From the NCBI GenBank assembly GCA_965247635.1, contig CBDFHJ010000010.1, positions 773,918 to 837,917 on the forward strand: a DNA stretch of 64,000 bases, read 5' to 3'. Source of the stretch: Dehalococcoidia bacterium (lineage in GTDB: Bacteria; Chloroflexota; Dehalococcoidia; Lucifugimonadales; Australimonadaceae). The notes under the pieces were generated by a model. It was given only the letters and a program-made list of their open reading frames with translations. It was not told where the DNA came from and searched no databases. This document shows, in pieces, positions 8,280-17,722 of the stretch (its first letter is position 1; every line of letters starts with the position of its first letter). Position numbers and translations under genes: made by a program.

Positions 8280-9509
8280 CTAGGATACCCGAGCGGCCAC
8301 GGCGGCTTCGAAGGATGCCACCGTCGGCTGTATGTTCAACGGATTGACCACGTCGGCGACTACCTCCATGGTCTTCAAGCCGTTTCCCGTGATGTAGACC
8401 ACCGTTGGCTCGTCGGGCTTGATGCGGCCCGACTCCGCCAGCCGCTTCAGGCCGGAGATCACTACCCCACCGGCCCCCTCGGTGAAGATCCCCTCCGTCT
8501 CCGCCAGCAGCTTGATCCCCTCCGCCACCTCATGCTCCTCGGCGATCACGGCCGAGCCGCCAGAGGCCTCGATAGTCTTCAGCGCGTACCAGCCGTCCGC
8601 GGGGTTGCCAATAGCCAGCGACTTGGCGATGGTATTGGGCCTCACCGGTTTGATGACCTGTCGTTGGTCCAGGTATGCCTGGGCGATGGGCGAACAGCCG
8701 CGGGCTTGGGTCAGGTGCATCTGGGTCCGCACTGGCCCAATGAGGCCCAGGTCGGCGAACTCGTTGAACCCCTTCCACACCTTGGTGAACATGGCGCCAG
8801 AAGCCGCCGGGACCACGGCATGGGCGGGGGTCTTCCAACCTAGCTGCTCAGCCACCTCGTAGCCCAGGGTCTTGCTGCCGTCGGCGTAGAAGGGACGAAC
8901 GTTGATGTTCACGAACGCCCACCGGTAACTGTCCGCCAGCTCGTTGCACAGCCGGTTCACGTCGTCGTAGGTGCCGTCCACCGCGACCACCGTCGGTCCG
9001 TACACCGCCGCGCCAAGCACCTTGCCGTGCTCCAGGTCCGACGGAATGAACACGTAGGCCTTCAGGCCTCCCCGGGCCGCGTGGGCCGCCACGGCGCACG
9101 CCAGGTTCCCCGTGGAGGCGCACGCGATCGTGTCGAACCCAAACTCCAGCGCCTTGGCCGATGCCACGGTCACCACTCGGTCCTTGAAGGAGTAGGAGGG
9201 GTTGACGCTATCGTTCTTGATGTACAGCTCCTCCAACCCCAGCCGCTTGCCAAGGTTTTTCGCTCGGAGGAGGGGGGTGAAACCCGCCTGAATGTCCACG
9301 GCCTCGTTGTAGTCGACGGGGAGCAGCTCCTTGTAGCGCCACAGGGTGAGGGGGCCCGAGGTGATGTGCTCGCGGCTTATGACCCGAGCGATGGCGTCGT
9401 AGTCGTACACTACCTCCAACGGTCCGAAACAGAAGTCGCAGACGTTGATCGGCTCGATGGGGTACTCACGGCCGCACTCGCGGCAACGGAGGCACGTTAC
9501 ATGGGCCAC
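8280..9509 (-). CDS. threonine-synthase-fold PLP enzyme (ThrC or a ThrC-like sulfur-transfer paralogue)
   Basis: N-terminal zinc ribbon CLRCRECG..CDFCFG, the PLP-lysine motif NPSYSFKDR, and GNLACAVAAHAA. GTG start with GGAAGGAGAG upstream. Confidence 0.8.
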   Translation of the reverse strand: MAHVTCLRCRECGREYPIEPINVCDFCFGPLEVVYDYDAIARVISREHITSGPLTLWRYKELLPVDYNEAVDIQAGFTPLLRAKNLGKRLGLEELYIKNDSVNPSYSFKDRVVTVASAKALEFGFDTIACASTGNLACAVAAHAARGGLKAYVFIPSDLEHGKVLGAAVYGPTVVAVDGTYDDVNRLCNELADSYRWAFVNINVRPFYADGSKTLGYEVAEQLGWKTPAHAVVPAASGAMFTKVWKGFNEFADLGLIGPVRTQMHLTQARGCSPIAQAYLDQRQVIKPVRPNTIAKSLAIGNPADGWYALKTIEASGGSAVIAEEHEVAEGIKLLAETEGIFTEGAGGVVISGLKRLAESGRIKPDEPTVVYITGNGLKTMEVVADVVNPLNIQPTVASFEAAVAARVS

Positions 9510-9599
9510 CGGCGCTCTCTCCTTCCCGTAGCGGTCCGACGATGCCTGTGCCTTCCTTCGGTCGCGCTCATACTAGGCTCCGGGTGAACGGGACAGATG

Positions 9600-9690
9600 C
9601 GATAAACAAGCGCTCTGTCCGTTCGTGCCGTCCGATGATGCTTCGCTCATCGAGACTCTCGGCGAAGCCGGAGAGCTTGTCGAAGCACAA
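9600..9690. repeat. nested hairpin repeat (CGTTCGTGCCG-[TCCGATGATGCTTCGCTCATCGAGACTCTCG]-..GCTTGTCGAAGCAC)
   Basis: The outer arms are related to 20447-20535 and 21203-21292. The inner 32-nt unit (9630-9661) is identical to the reverse complement of 57055-57086, inside hemA. Confidence 0.7.
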
Positions 9691-9899
9691 AACGAGGCCA
9701 TCGACACCACTAAGGCACTGGCTACAAGGTCATTTATGGTAGCAGGGCGCCGCGAATCCGGTCAAGCTGGCCGTTGTGCCGCACAGCGTCTCCCAACGGC
9801 CCTTACGCCCCGGGCGTGCTCTCGTGGAGCCCATCGTCATGATAGCCGTACGCACCAAGCAACCCTAGGGCCACGCCTTGGATGGACCATAGCTCTCCA

Positions 9900-9928
9900 T
9901 TGACAGCATTCTATAGCATTGATACGAT
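9900..9928 (+). promoter_or_regulatory. candidate sigma-70-type promoter of the cbpA-hspR-clpC operon
   Basis: TTGACA (9900-9905), a 17-nt spacer, then TACGAT (9923-9928), in an AT-rich island. Confidence 0.5.
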
Positions 9929-9940
9929 ATTTATTAGTAT

Positions 9941-9963
9941 AGTTGAGCGTAATAGACTCAACT
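9941..9963. promoter_or_regulatory. HAIR-like inverted repeat (HspR operator)
   Basis: AGTTGAG-CGTAATAGA-CTCAACT, i.e. TTGAGC-N7-ACTCAA compared with the HAIR consensus CTTGAGT-N7-ACTCAAG. It lies just downstream of the candidate -10, and the operon encodes an HspR-like MerR regulator. Confidence 0.7.
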
Positions 9964-9995
9964 ACCTACACTGGCGTTAGGTGCATCCAACTGGT

Positions 9996-10931
9996 ATGGC
10001 ACGCGATTACTATGACGTTCTAGGCATCTCCCGCAGCGCCTCCGACAAGGAGGTCCGGCAGGCGTATCGTCGGTTGGCCAGGCAGTACCACCCTGACGTG
10101 AACCGGGGCGATAAGGACGCTGAGACCCGCTTCAAGGAGATTAACGAAGCGTACCAGGTACTCTCCAACCCAGATAGCCGCAAGAAGTACGACAGGTTCG
10201 GAAGCGACTGGCGGCACGCCGACCAGTTCCAGTCCACTGCCGGCGAAAGTGCCTACTCCTGGCTGTTCGGGTCCAAGGGACCTGGTGGCCGACGTCGTGG
10301 AGCACGGACCCCCTTCGACGAAGGTGATGGTTTCGGCAGCCTGTTCGGGGACTTGCTCGGTGGGGGTCGGGGTCCTCGTATCTCGGTCGACGAGTTCGGT
10401 GGGCCACGCGAGCGGCAGGTCCCAGTGACCATCTCACTAGAAGAGGCCTACCAGGGTGCGACGCGGAACGTCCAGGTCTCGGCTGATCCCCGCTCCGGGG
10501 CACCGGGACGCCGGCTGGAGGTCAAAGTACCGCCGGGCGTCGATACCGGCTCGCGGGTCCATGTCGGCCCTCGTGGCCAGGGACGCCGGGGCGAGGCCGA
10601 CTTCTACCTGGTGGTAACGGTGACCCCTCACCCACGGTTTCAACGCCAGGGAAACGATCTGCAGAGCACGGTGACGGTCCCGGTGGTAGATGCTGTTCTG
10701 GGGGGTGAGGTGGATGTCCCCACCATCAAGGGGACGCACGTATCCCTCAAGCTGCCGCCGGAAACCCAGGACGGCCGCACCTTCAGGCTGCGGGGACAGG
10801 GGATGCCACGGTTAAAGGCGCCAGACCAACACGGAGACCTCCTTGTCGCCGTCCACGTCCGCCTTCCCGACAACCTCAGCGATGAGGAGCGGACCGCCTA
10901 CGGACGTTTACGCGAGCTGAGGCCGCGCTAG
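9996..10931 (+). CDS. cbpA: DnaJ-class co-chaperone without a zinc-finger domain (CbpA-like)
   Basis: J domain DYYDVLGISRSASDKEVRQAYRRLARQYHPDVN, a G-rich linker with no CxxCxGxG repeats, and DnaJ C-terminal domains. Confidence 0.85.
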   Translation: MARDYYDVLGISRSASDKEVRQAYRRLARQYHPDVNRGDKDAETRFKEINEAYQVLSNPDSRKKYDRFGSDWRHADQFQSTAGESAYSWLFGSKGPGGRRRGARTPFDEGDGFGSLFGDLLGGGRGPRISVDEFGGPRERQVPVTISLEEAYQGATRNVQVSADPRSGAPGRRLEVKVPPGVDTGSRVHVGPRGQGRRGEADFYLVVTVTPHPRFQRQGNDLQSTVTVPVVDAVLGGEVDVPTIKGTHVSLKLPPETQDGRTFRLRGQGMPRLKAPDQHGDLLVAVHVRLPDNLSDEERTAYGRLRELRPR

Positions 10932-10944
10932 GAACTCTGGTGCG

Positions 10945-11343
10945 ATGAGGCAGCAAATGATCGGCTACCGGTACAGGATTGAGGACGGCGAGGTTGGTCC
11001 CGAGGACCAGCCAAGCTACGTGATCAGCGTGGCAGCCCGCATGGTCAGGGTCCACGCCCAGACGTTGCGCTACTACGAGCGGATCGGCCTGCTTGGGCCC
11101 GCCCGTTCCCGCGGCAATATTCGGCTCTACTCGCCCCGCGACGTCCAACGCGCCCTGTGGATCAAGTCCCTGCTGGACGACCTGGGCATCAACCTGGCGG
11201 GCGTGGATGTGATCATACGTATGTCCCAGCGCATGGCGGAACTGGAACAACAGGTCGAGCGGCTGGCATCTCGGCTGATGGAGTCGTCTCAGGGGGACGC
11301 CAAAACGAAACAACCCGGAAGAAGGAGCTCGCGCAATGCTTAG
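10945..11343 (+). CDS. hspR: MerR-family heat-shock repressor HspR
   Basis: [43 protein letters not shown]. It lies between a dnaJ-like gene and a clp gene, with a HAIR site upstream. Confidence 0.8.
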   Translation: MRQQMIGYRYRIEDGEVGPEDQPSYVISVAARMVRVHAQTLRYYERIGLLGPARSRGNIRLYSPRDVQRALWIKSLLDDLGINLAGVDVIIRMSQRMAELEQQVERLASRLMESSQGDAKTKQPGRRSSRNA

Positions 11344-13777
11344 GCCCGATGACTTTACCGAGCAAGCCCAGGAGGTACTGGGCGCCTCGCAGGAGATCGT
11401 TCGGCGGTACAAGCACATCCAGTGGGACGTGGAGCACATTCTGCTGGCGCTGCTAGAGGCCGAGCGGAGCGTGCCCGTGCAGGTGCTCTTGGAGCTCCAG
11501 GTAGACGTGACGCGCCTGACCAAAGAGGTGAGCCAGTTACTGGACACGGCCCCCAAGGCGACCTACGGCGGCGGCCAGATATACGCCACGCCCCGCGCCA
11601 TGAGCGTGGTCCAGAACGCCCGGGAGGAGAAGGACCGCCTCCACGACGACTTCATCGGCTCGGAGCATCTTCTCATCGCCATCATCTCCGACGAGGGAGG
11701 CGCCGCGCGCCTCCTCCAGCAGCACAGCGTGGACAAGGAGCGGGTCTACCAGGCTCTCCAGCAGGTCCGCGGCGGCCATCGGATCACGGACCAGCGGGCC
11801 GAGAGCCACTACCAGACCCTGGAGCGCTACACCATCGACCTGACTGACATGGCCCGCCAGGGGAAGCTGGACCCGGTCATCGGCCGGCAGCCGGAGATCC
11901 GGCGGGTCATGCAGACCCTGACCCGCCGCACCAAGAACAACCCGGTCATCATCGGCGGCGCCGGCGTGGGCAAGACCGCCGTTGTCGAGGGCCTGGCCCA
12001 GGCCATCGTTACCGGCGACGTGCCGGAGATACTTCGCGACCGCCGGGTCCTGGCGTTGGACATGGCCGGCATCGTGGCGGGCAGCAAGTTCCGTGGCGAG
12101 TTTGAGGAGCGGCTGAAGTCCGTCATTGACGAGGTGAAGCAAGCGCAGCGCGAGATGGTCCTGTTCATCGATGAGCTGCACACCGTGGTGGGCGCAGGTG
12201 CCGCCGAGGGTGGGATCGACGCCGCCAACATCATGAAACCGGCCCTGGCCAGGGGCGAGCTGCGGGTGATCGGCGCCACCACGCCCGACGAGTACCGTCG
12301 GCACATCGAGCGGGACAGCGCCCTGGAGCGTCGGTTTCAGCCCATCTGGCTGGAGGAGCCCTCGGTTGAGGAGACCATCGCGATCCTCAAGGGCCTGCGG
12401 CCACGCTACGAGGCGCACCACAAGGTCACCTACGACGACGCGGCCCTGGAGGCGGCCGCCAACCTCAGCCAGCGGTTCATCACCGGACGGCTGCTGCCGG
12501 ACAAGGCGGTGGACCTCATCGACGAGGCCGCGTCCAAACTGCGCCTGGACCTGGAGTCCCTGCCGCCGGCCGTGAAGGACCTGGAGCGCAAGGTGAAACG
12601 CTTGGAGGACGAGGAGGAGTCGGCCTCCCAGCGTGGAGACTTCGAACGCGCGGCCACCACGCGCACCGAACGCCTGCAGGCCGTGGAGGAGTTCGAGCGC
12701 CAGCGCAGCGCCTTTCTGGGCGAGGAGCAGACCAGCATGGTGGTCCGAGAAGATGACATCGCCGACCTCATCAGCAAGTGGACGGGCATCCCCGCCAGCC
12801 GGCTGCTGGAAGGAGAAGCCCAGAAGCTGCTGCACATGGAGGGAAAGCTGCACGAGCGCGTCATCGGCCAGGAGCTGGCCATCGCCTCCGTTTCCGACGC
12901 CATCCGCCGTTCCAGGGCGGGGCTGAAAGACCCCAAGCGGCCCATCGGCAGCTTCATGCTCCTGGGCCCCACCGGCGTGGGCAAGACCGAGCTGGCCCGG
13001 GCCCTGGCCGAGTACCTGTTCGACGACGAGGAGAACATGGTGCGCATCGACATGTCGGAGTACGGGGAGAAACACACCGTCTCCCGGCTCATCGGCGCGC
13101 CACCCGGCTACGTGGGGTACGAGGAGGCCGGCCAGCTCACCGAGGCGGTCCGCCGCCGGCCCTACCGCGTGGTGCTCTTCGATGAGATCGAGAAGGCCCA
13201 CCCCGACGTGTTCAACGTCCTCCTCCAGATCCTGGAGGACGGGCGTCTGACCGACGGCCACGGCCGGACGGTGGACTTCCGCAACACCGTGGTCATCATG
13301 ACCAGCAACCTGGGCACCCAGGAGTTCGGTAAGGAGGGCATCGGATTCCACGTCCCTGGACAGAAGGCCACCGACGAGCAGCGCCTGCGCGACTCGGTGA
13401 TGGAGGCCCTGAAGAACACCTTCCGGCCCGAGTTCCTGAACCGGGTGGACGAGTACATCGTATTCAAGCAGCTCACGGAGGAGGAGATCGCCCAGATCGT
13501 GGGCCTGATGATGCGGGACGTCCAGAAGCGGATGGACGAGCACGGCATCACCATCGAGCTGACGGAGACGGCCACCAAGTGGCTGGCCAAGGAGGGCTTC
13601 GACCCGGTGTTCGGCGCCAGGCCGCTGCGTCGGGCCGTGCAGCGCTACGTGGAGAACGGCCTGGCCAAACAGGTGCTGGCCGGCGAGTTCGCGGAGGGCG
13701 ACGTGGTGGAGGTGAGCGCCACCGACGACGGCCTGACGTTCAGCAAGAAGCAGATGGCGGAGGCCAAGACGGCGTAA
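11336..13777 (+). CDS. clpC: Clp/Hsp100 AAA+ chaperone, ClpC type
   Basis: Clp_N repeats, two Walker A motifs ([18 protein letters not shown]), a short UVR-like middle domain ([14 protein letters not shown]) and a GIGF loop. At 813 aa it fits ClpC rather than ClpB. Confidence 0.85.
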   Translation: MLRPDDFTEQAQEVLGASQEIVRRYKHIQWDVEHILLALLEAERSVPVQVLLELQVDVTRLTKEVSQLLDTAPKATYGGGQIYATPRAMSVVQNAREEKDRLHDDFIGSEHLLIAIISDEGGAARLLQQHSVDKERVYQALQQVRGGHRITDQRAESHYQTLERYTIDLTDMARQGKLDPVIGRQPEIRRVMQTLTRRTKNNPVIIGGAGVGKTAVVEGLAQAIVTGDVPEILRDRRVLALDMAGIVAGSKFRGEFEERLKSVIDEVKQAQREMVLFIDELHTVVGAGAAEGGIDAANIMKPALARGELRVIGATTPDEYRRHIERDSALERRFQPIWLEEPSVEETIAILKGLRPRYEAHHKVTYDDAALEAAANLSQRFITGRLLPDKAVDLIDEAASKLRLDLESLPPAVKDLERKVKRLEDEEESASQRGDFERAATTRTERLQAVEEFERQRSAFLGEEQTSMVVREDDIADLISKWTGIPASRLLEGEAQKLLHMEGKLHERVIGQELAIASVSDAIRRSRAGLKDPKRPIGSFMLLGPTGVGKTELARALAEYLFDDEENMVRIDMSEYGEKHTVSRLIGAPPGYVGYEEAGQLTEAVRRRPYRVVLFDEIEKAHPDVFNVLLQILEDGRLTDGHGRTVDFRNTVVIMTSNLGTQEFGKEGIGFHVPGQKATDEQRLRDSVMEALKNTFRPEFLNRVDEYIVFKQLTEEEIAQIVGLMMRDVQKRMDEHGITIELTETATKWLAKEGFDPVFGARPLRRAVQRYVENGLAKQVLAGEFAEGDVVEVSATDDGLTFSKKQMAEAKTA

Positions 13778-13778
13778 A

Positions 13779-13810
13779 GGGGGTCCGGGGGGCGTGGTGA
13801 ACGGCCCCCC
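13779..13810 (+). terminator. GC-rich hairpin repeat downstream of clpC (terminator-like, no T tract)
   Basis: GGGTCCGGGGGGCGTGGTGAACGGCCCCCC. This is the same element as 18635-18663 and 19944-19972. Confidence 0.4.
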
Positions 13811-13927
13811 AGCGTAAAGGACCAGCGACGCACTTGTCCTGGGCCGTAAGCAAGGGCCACTCTGAATTTCCTGGGGTGTGGTATCCTCCCGACTCGGTAT
13901 CCAACACGTCGACTGGGGGAATGAGAT

Positions 13928-14560
13928 ATGCATGACCCACTGGACGCAATCGACGCGATTCACAGCGCGTTCCGCCGGCACCTTCAGCAGATCGACGAGG
14001 AGGCTTATGGAATCGCAGCCAATGGTGGAAATCTGGATTCCACGATCGATAGGCTACGGCTGACCAGCGAGATGTTGCTTTACCACGCCGACGGCGAGGA
14101 GAAGTTCGTCTTCACCGCGATCGCCAAGGTTGCCCCGCATCTATCGGAACTATATACCCTGGATCACCGAGAACTGGACATGATGACGGAAGGGCTGCTC
14201 AAGATTGAGTCGGCACGGACCCCACTTGACGCGGCGCGGGCAACAGCAGTACTTCGCAATCACATGCGAATTCACCTGGACAAAGAGGACACCTACCTTC
14301 ACCCGCTACTCCGAGCCCACGCGAGTCCAGCCGAGCAGGCTCCCATCGTGGGCGGCATGGCTGGAGGTGTGCCACCAGAGAGGGTGCCGGCGTTCATCGA
14401 TTGGCTCTTTCCTATTATCGACGTCGTCGATAGCGTGAAGATGGCCGACGTCTGGAAACAGCTCATGCCAGAGCCTGTTTTTGCGAGCCTAGCGCCATTG
14501 GTGGAGAAGGCCACGGGCGACGATTGGGCAGAAATCGCTCGTCAAATCGGGTTAGCCTAA
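13928..14560 (+). CDS. hemerythrin-like (HHE cation-binding) domain protein
   Basis: DAIDAIHSAFRRHL..LLYHADGEEKFVF..LDHRELD..HLDKEDTYLHPLL shows the spacing of His/Glu/Asp ligands typical of hemerythrin-like domains. Confidence 0.6.
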   Translation: MHDPLDAIDAIHSAFRRHLQQIDEEAYGIAANGGNLDSTIDRLRLTSEMLLYHADGEEKFVFTAIAKVAPHLSELYTLDHRELDMMTEGLLKIESARTPLDAARATAVLRNHMRIHLDKEDTYLHPLLRAHASPAEQAPIVGGMAGGVPPERVPAFIDWLFPIIDVVDSVKMADVWKQLMPEPVFASLAPLVEKATGDDWAEIARQIGLA

Positions 14561-14831
14561 TATCCCACCAGAGACAACTCGAGCTTTCCGTTGCGACGCC
14601 AACCCCCCACTCACTTCTGCCCCGTGTTCACGGCAGAGGTCGACTCTACTCCATCTCCACCACCGTGCCCAACCAAACAAGCTAAGGCTTATTGCGGTGG
14701 CTATTAGATGCGTCGAACTCCACCTGCCTAAACCGTTGCAAGGCTTGCTCCCAAGGCGGATCGCGTTAGGGGTTGTAATCGGCCATTAAGAAAGTGAAGG
14801 GTTTTAGGAGCTCGGATTTGCGAAGAGGGGT

Positions 14832-16268
14832 TCAACGATACATCGTGTGCGCATCAGTCGAGAACGAATGCGGGCCTTCCCCGCACTGCGTTCGCGTAAT
14901 CCCTTCGATCGTTAGCGTCCGACCATCCTCAGACACCTCAATCAGTACCACTCCCGTGACCGTGTCATCCGATCCCCACACAGATGTCTGGCGGTGAAGT
15001 TCGGCGCAGTACACCTCACCCGGGACCACCGAGTCCCACTTACGATTGACAAGACCGTCTGCGACCGTCTCAACCCGATACTTACCCGCTGGGATATTGG
15101 GCAACTGGCTCCCGATATTCACCTTGTGCACCGAGTCATCTATCCAGTCTTGGTGAAGGTAAAGCCCTGAAGTATCCCCTTCTCCCAATGCGTCCCATAC
15201 AGTCCCATGTCCATGGTTAGGGATGCTCCCGTCGGCAAGCGGTGGTATTGGCAGCCACATCCCCATGGCAGTGCCCGGTACGTCTTGATTAAACGGGCCG
15301 CACCTACCGGACATCGATTCCAGGTATGACGTCCTATAGGGCTCCGGGAAGTACTCTAGCGTACAGACAGCGTTCCCACCCGAGTGAACCCAAGGGTTAA
15401 TGGCGTACCCGTAGCTGGGATGCTGTTGGAGCTCCGCGGCCGTGAGACCAAACAGTTGAAGACCAAAGTCAAATCCTGTTGTGTACCCGCTGGATTTCCA
15501 GATGGGGGTTCCTGCTTTAATTGGAGGATCGAGAAACATGTTCCATCGGCAGTGTCCAATTTCTGTCGTTACCAGCGCCTCTTCGGTTGTTGACGCTGGA
15601 CAGTCGGTCCACTCGACCGGAGCGGTCGTCCTGAAGTTATCGAGGACCTCTTCGATCGGTGTTCCAACGTGGCCCCAGAACAGACTGTAGCCTTCGCAGA
15701 TGATGGTATACACGCCCCACTCCTCGTACGTCCCCCCATCATGCGACTCCCTGACATCCCGCCCGAAGTTCATGAAGTAGATATCCGCGGGGGCATACAG
15801 TTGGACCTGCTCTGAGACAGGCACACCAGCCAGTGGGGCCTCCTCACTGAACTCGCGAGTACCCCGGTACACCACGTGGCCATGTGGGTATCCCCCCTTC
15901 TCCCAGAAGAAAGGGGTAGCATCTTCCGGGTCTACTACAGGGTGGGTGAATATGGAACCACCACAGCTTGGAAGCGGCTCACCATCTTCTCCAACCTTGG
16001 CCCGATTCCAGAACGGCTCAGGGTCGCTCGGCGTCGATGTGGCCGTCGACGTGGGGGTAGCGGTCGGCGACGGCGTGACGGTAGATGTAGGGGCAAAGGT
16101 CGGTGGGAGTGTTGGAGTAGGCGTTGCGGTGGGCAGCATGTTGGGGGTAGGAGTTACCGTCGGTGAAGGTGTCAGCGCAGGGGTCGGCGTCGGCGTAGGC
16201 TGCGCCTGGGTGCAGGCCGCCAAAAGTAGCGCGACCAGAGGAAGTAGCCAGGACAATGCTTTCCCCAT
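14832..16268 (-). CDS. secreted lipoprotein with a PT-rich linker, function unknown
   Basis: MGKALSWLLPLVALLLAAC lipobox, then roughly 70 aa of (T/P/S) repeats. GC is lower than in the neighbouring genes. Confidence 0.6.
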   Translation of the reverse strand: MGKALSWLLPLVALLLAACTQAQPTPTPTPALTPSPTVTPTPNMLPTATPTPTLPPTFAPTSTVTPSPTATPTSTATSTPSDPEPFWNRAKVGEDGEPLPSCGGSIFTHPVVDPEDATPFFWEKGGYPHGHVVYRGTREFSEEAPLAGVPVSEQVQLYAPADIYFMNFGRDVRESHDGGTYEEWGVYTIICEGYSLFWGHVGTPIEEVLDNFRTTAPVEWTDCPASTTEEALVTTEIGHCRWNMFLDPPIKAGTPIWKSSGYTTGFDFGLQLFGLTAAELQQHPSYGYAINPWVHSGGNAVCTLEYFPEPYRTSYLESMSGRCGPFNQDVPGTAMGMWLPIPPLADGSIPNHGHGTVWDALGEGDTSGLYLHQDWIDDSVHKVNIGSQLPNIPAGKYRVETVADGLVNRKWDSVVPGEVYCAELHRQTSVWGSDDTVTGVVLIEVSEDGRTLTIEGITRTQCGEGPHSFSTDAHTMYR

Positions 16269-16449
16269 GATCCTTACAGTACCGCTTGGGGCGCGGATGG
16301 CAAGACCTGAAACACCCAGGGTTTGCTGCACGGAGTGACCTCAGGTGCCTTGTACCGTGGCCTCAGGTACCCAGGCGCGCGTGAAGTAAATTCAACACAA
16401 GCGTATCATCGGTCGGACAAGCAACTAGCCGCCATCTCGATGGACGCCC

Positions 16450-17334
16450 ATGACTGACGACAGAGGACCCACATACCCCATCCCGGGCGCCGAGCAGCGC
16501 TTCGTCAACGTCCACGGCATCCGCATAGCCTACCGCCAGGCGGGGTCCGGGTCGCCCGTGGTGCTGCTGCACGGCCTGGCCGCCTCGTCGCTCACCTGGA
16601 CCGCCAACATGGAGGCGCTGGCCGCGCATCACACCCTCTACGCCCTGGACTTGCCCGGCCACGGCGATTCCGACAAGCCCACCATCGACTACGGCATCGC
16701 TTCGGGAGTCAAGGTCTTCCGCCGCTTCCTGGAGCGCATTGGCGAGCCGCGGGTGGCGCTGATAGGCAACTCGTCAGGGGGGCTCATCGCCCTGCGCTTC
16801 GCGCTGGAGTACCCGGACCAGGTCACCCACCTGGTGCTGGTGGACTCGGTGGGGCTGGGCAAAGAAGTGTCGTGGGCCCTCCGACTGGCCGCCGTCCCTC
16901 TGGTGGGCGAGGTGCTGCTGCACAAGGCCCTCGTCTCCGTCAAGGGGCTGGGCAGGCGGTTGTTCAAGGTGCCTCAGCGCATCGACCCGGGGCTGCTGCG
17001 GGCGCTGCACCGAGCGCGCACGGTCCAGCTGGCCAGCGGCGTCATGCTGGCCATGGCCAGGACTGGTATGGGGGTTATGGGCGTCAAGAAACATACCTAC
17101 CTGCTGCCGCGCCTGGGTGAACTGAAGGCCCCGCTCTTGGTGGTGTGGGGCGAGGACGATAAGGTGATGCCGGTGAAGCACGCCTGGGAGGTAGCACGCC
17201 GCTATCCGCACACCCCGGTCAAGGTCTTCCCCGACACCGGCCACTGGCCGCACATGGAGCGGGCGGACGAGTTCAACGAGCTGGTGCTGCGGTTCCTGGG
17301 GGCCGAGATACCGGCTACCACCCGCTCGTATTAG
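16450..17334 (+). CDS. alpha/beta-fold hydrolase
   Basis: VVLLHGLAASS, the nucleophile elbow GNSSGG, and HWPHMERADEFN. Confidence 0.8.
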   Translation: MTDDRGPTYPIPGAEQRFVNVHGIRIAYRQAGSGSPVVLLHGLAASSLTWTANMEALAAHHTLYALDLPGHGDSDKPTIDYGIASGVKVFRRFLERIGEPRVALIGNSSGGLIALRFALEYPDQVTHLVLVDSVGLGKEVSWALRLAAVPLVGEVLLHKALVSVKGLGRRLFKVPQRIDPGLLRALHRARTVQLASGVMLAMARTGMGVMGVKKHTYLLPRLGELKAPLLVVWGEDDKVMPVKHAWEVARRYPHTPVKVFPDTGHWPHMERADEFNELVLRFLGAEIPATTRSY

Positions 17335-17379
17335 CCCAACCGAGGCGACGCGCTCACCCGGAACTTGCAGAAGGCTGTT

Positions 17380-17690
17380 GTCCGCTCCCCCTGAGTTTGT
17401 CGAAGGGCTGGGCGGGTGCCGAAAGGAGCTTTGGAGCGAGGTTCTTCGCCCCCCGATAAATCGGAGGACTCAGAATGACAGCGTCTCGTTTGTCACCCTG
17501 AGACCCGATTCGTCGGGACGAAGGGTCTCTCACTCCTCCTTACCGAGAGATTCTTCGTCGCCCCGCTCCTCAGAATGACAGGGACAGATATTGTGTCGCC
17601 AGCTAAAGGGCACTCACCCGTTCGTCCTGAGCCTGTCGAAGGGCGAGCGGGTTCCGATTCGGCCCCCCGTGGTATCCTCGTTGCGTTACG
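17380..17690. repeat. intergenic stack of hairpin repeats
   Basis: GAGTTTGTCGAAGGGCTGGGCGGG. GAGATTCTTCG..TCAGAATGACAGGGACAGATA..AGGGCACTCACCCGTTCGTCCTGAGCCTGTCGAAGGGCGAGCGGGTTCC (17540-17655) recurs at 21135-21292. Confidence 0.75.
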
Positions 17691-17722
17691 ATGCTCCCAT
17701 CCCACGCTGAGAACGATACGCC

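Noticed and set aside
9510-9900. A possible SAM or Met riboswitch upstream of the thrC-like operon.
   Set aside because: I read the minus-strand leader and found none of the SAM-I or SAM-IV core motifs I remember, such as GGCAACC and the AGAGGG..GGGA kink-turn context. The region is largely a dispersed repeat copy. A covariance-model scan (Rfam) would be needed to be sure.
11537-13981. Very long antisense ORFs: 814 aa opposite clpC, 446 aa opposite aroC (3627-4967), 332 aa opposite the AKR (23337-24335), 381 aa opposite cysS, 350 aa inside hemL, and others.
   Set aside because: These are typical high-GC shadow ORFs. They are Arg/Gly/Ala/Pro-rich with low complexity and carry no recognisable motifs. 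In each case the opposite strand encodes a protein with unmistakable family signatures.
15990-16200. Nucleotide similarity among the PT-rich linker regions of the exported proteins at 14832-16268, 24796-27255 and 38105-39449, considered as possible dispersed repeats. The linker regions are about 15990-16200, 26950-27150 and 38200-38340.
   Set aside because: This is low-complexity (ACC/CCG)n coding for Thr/Pro linkers. The similarity follows from composition and not from a shared mobile unit.
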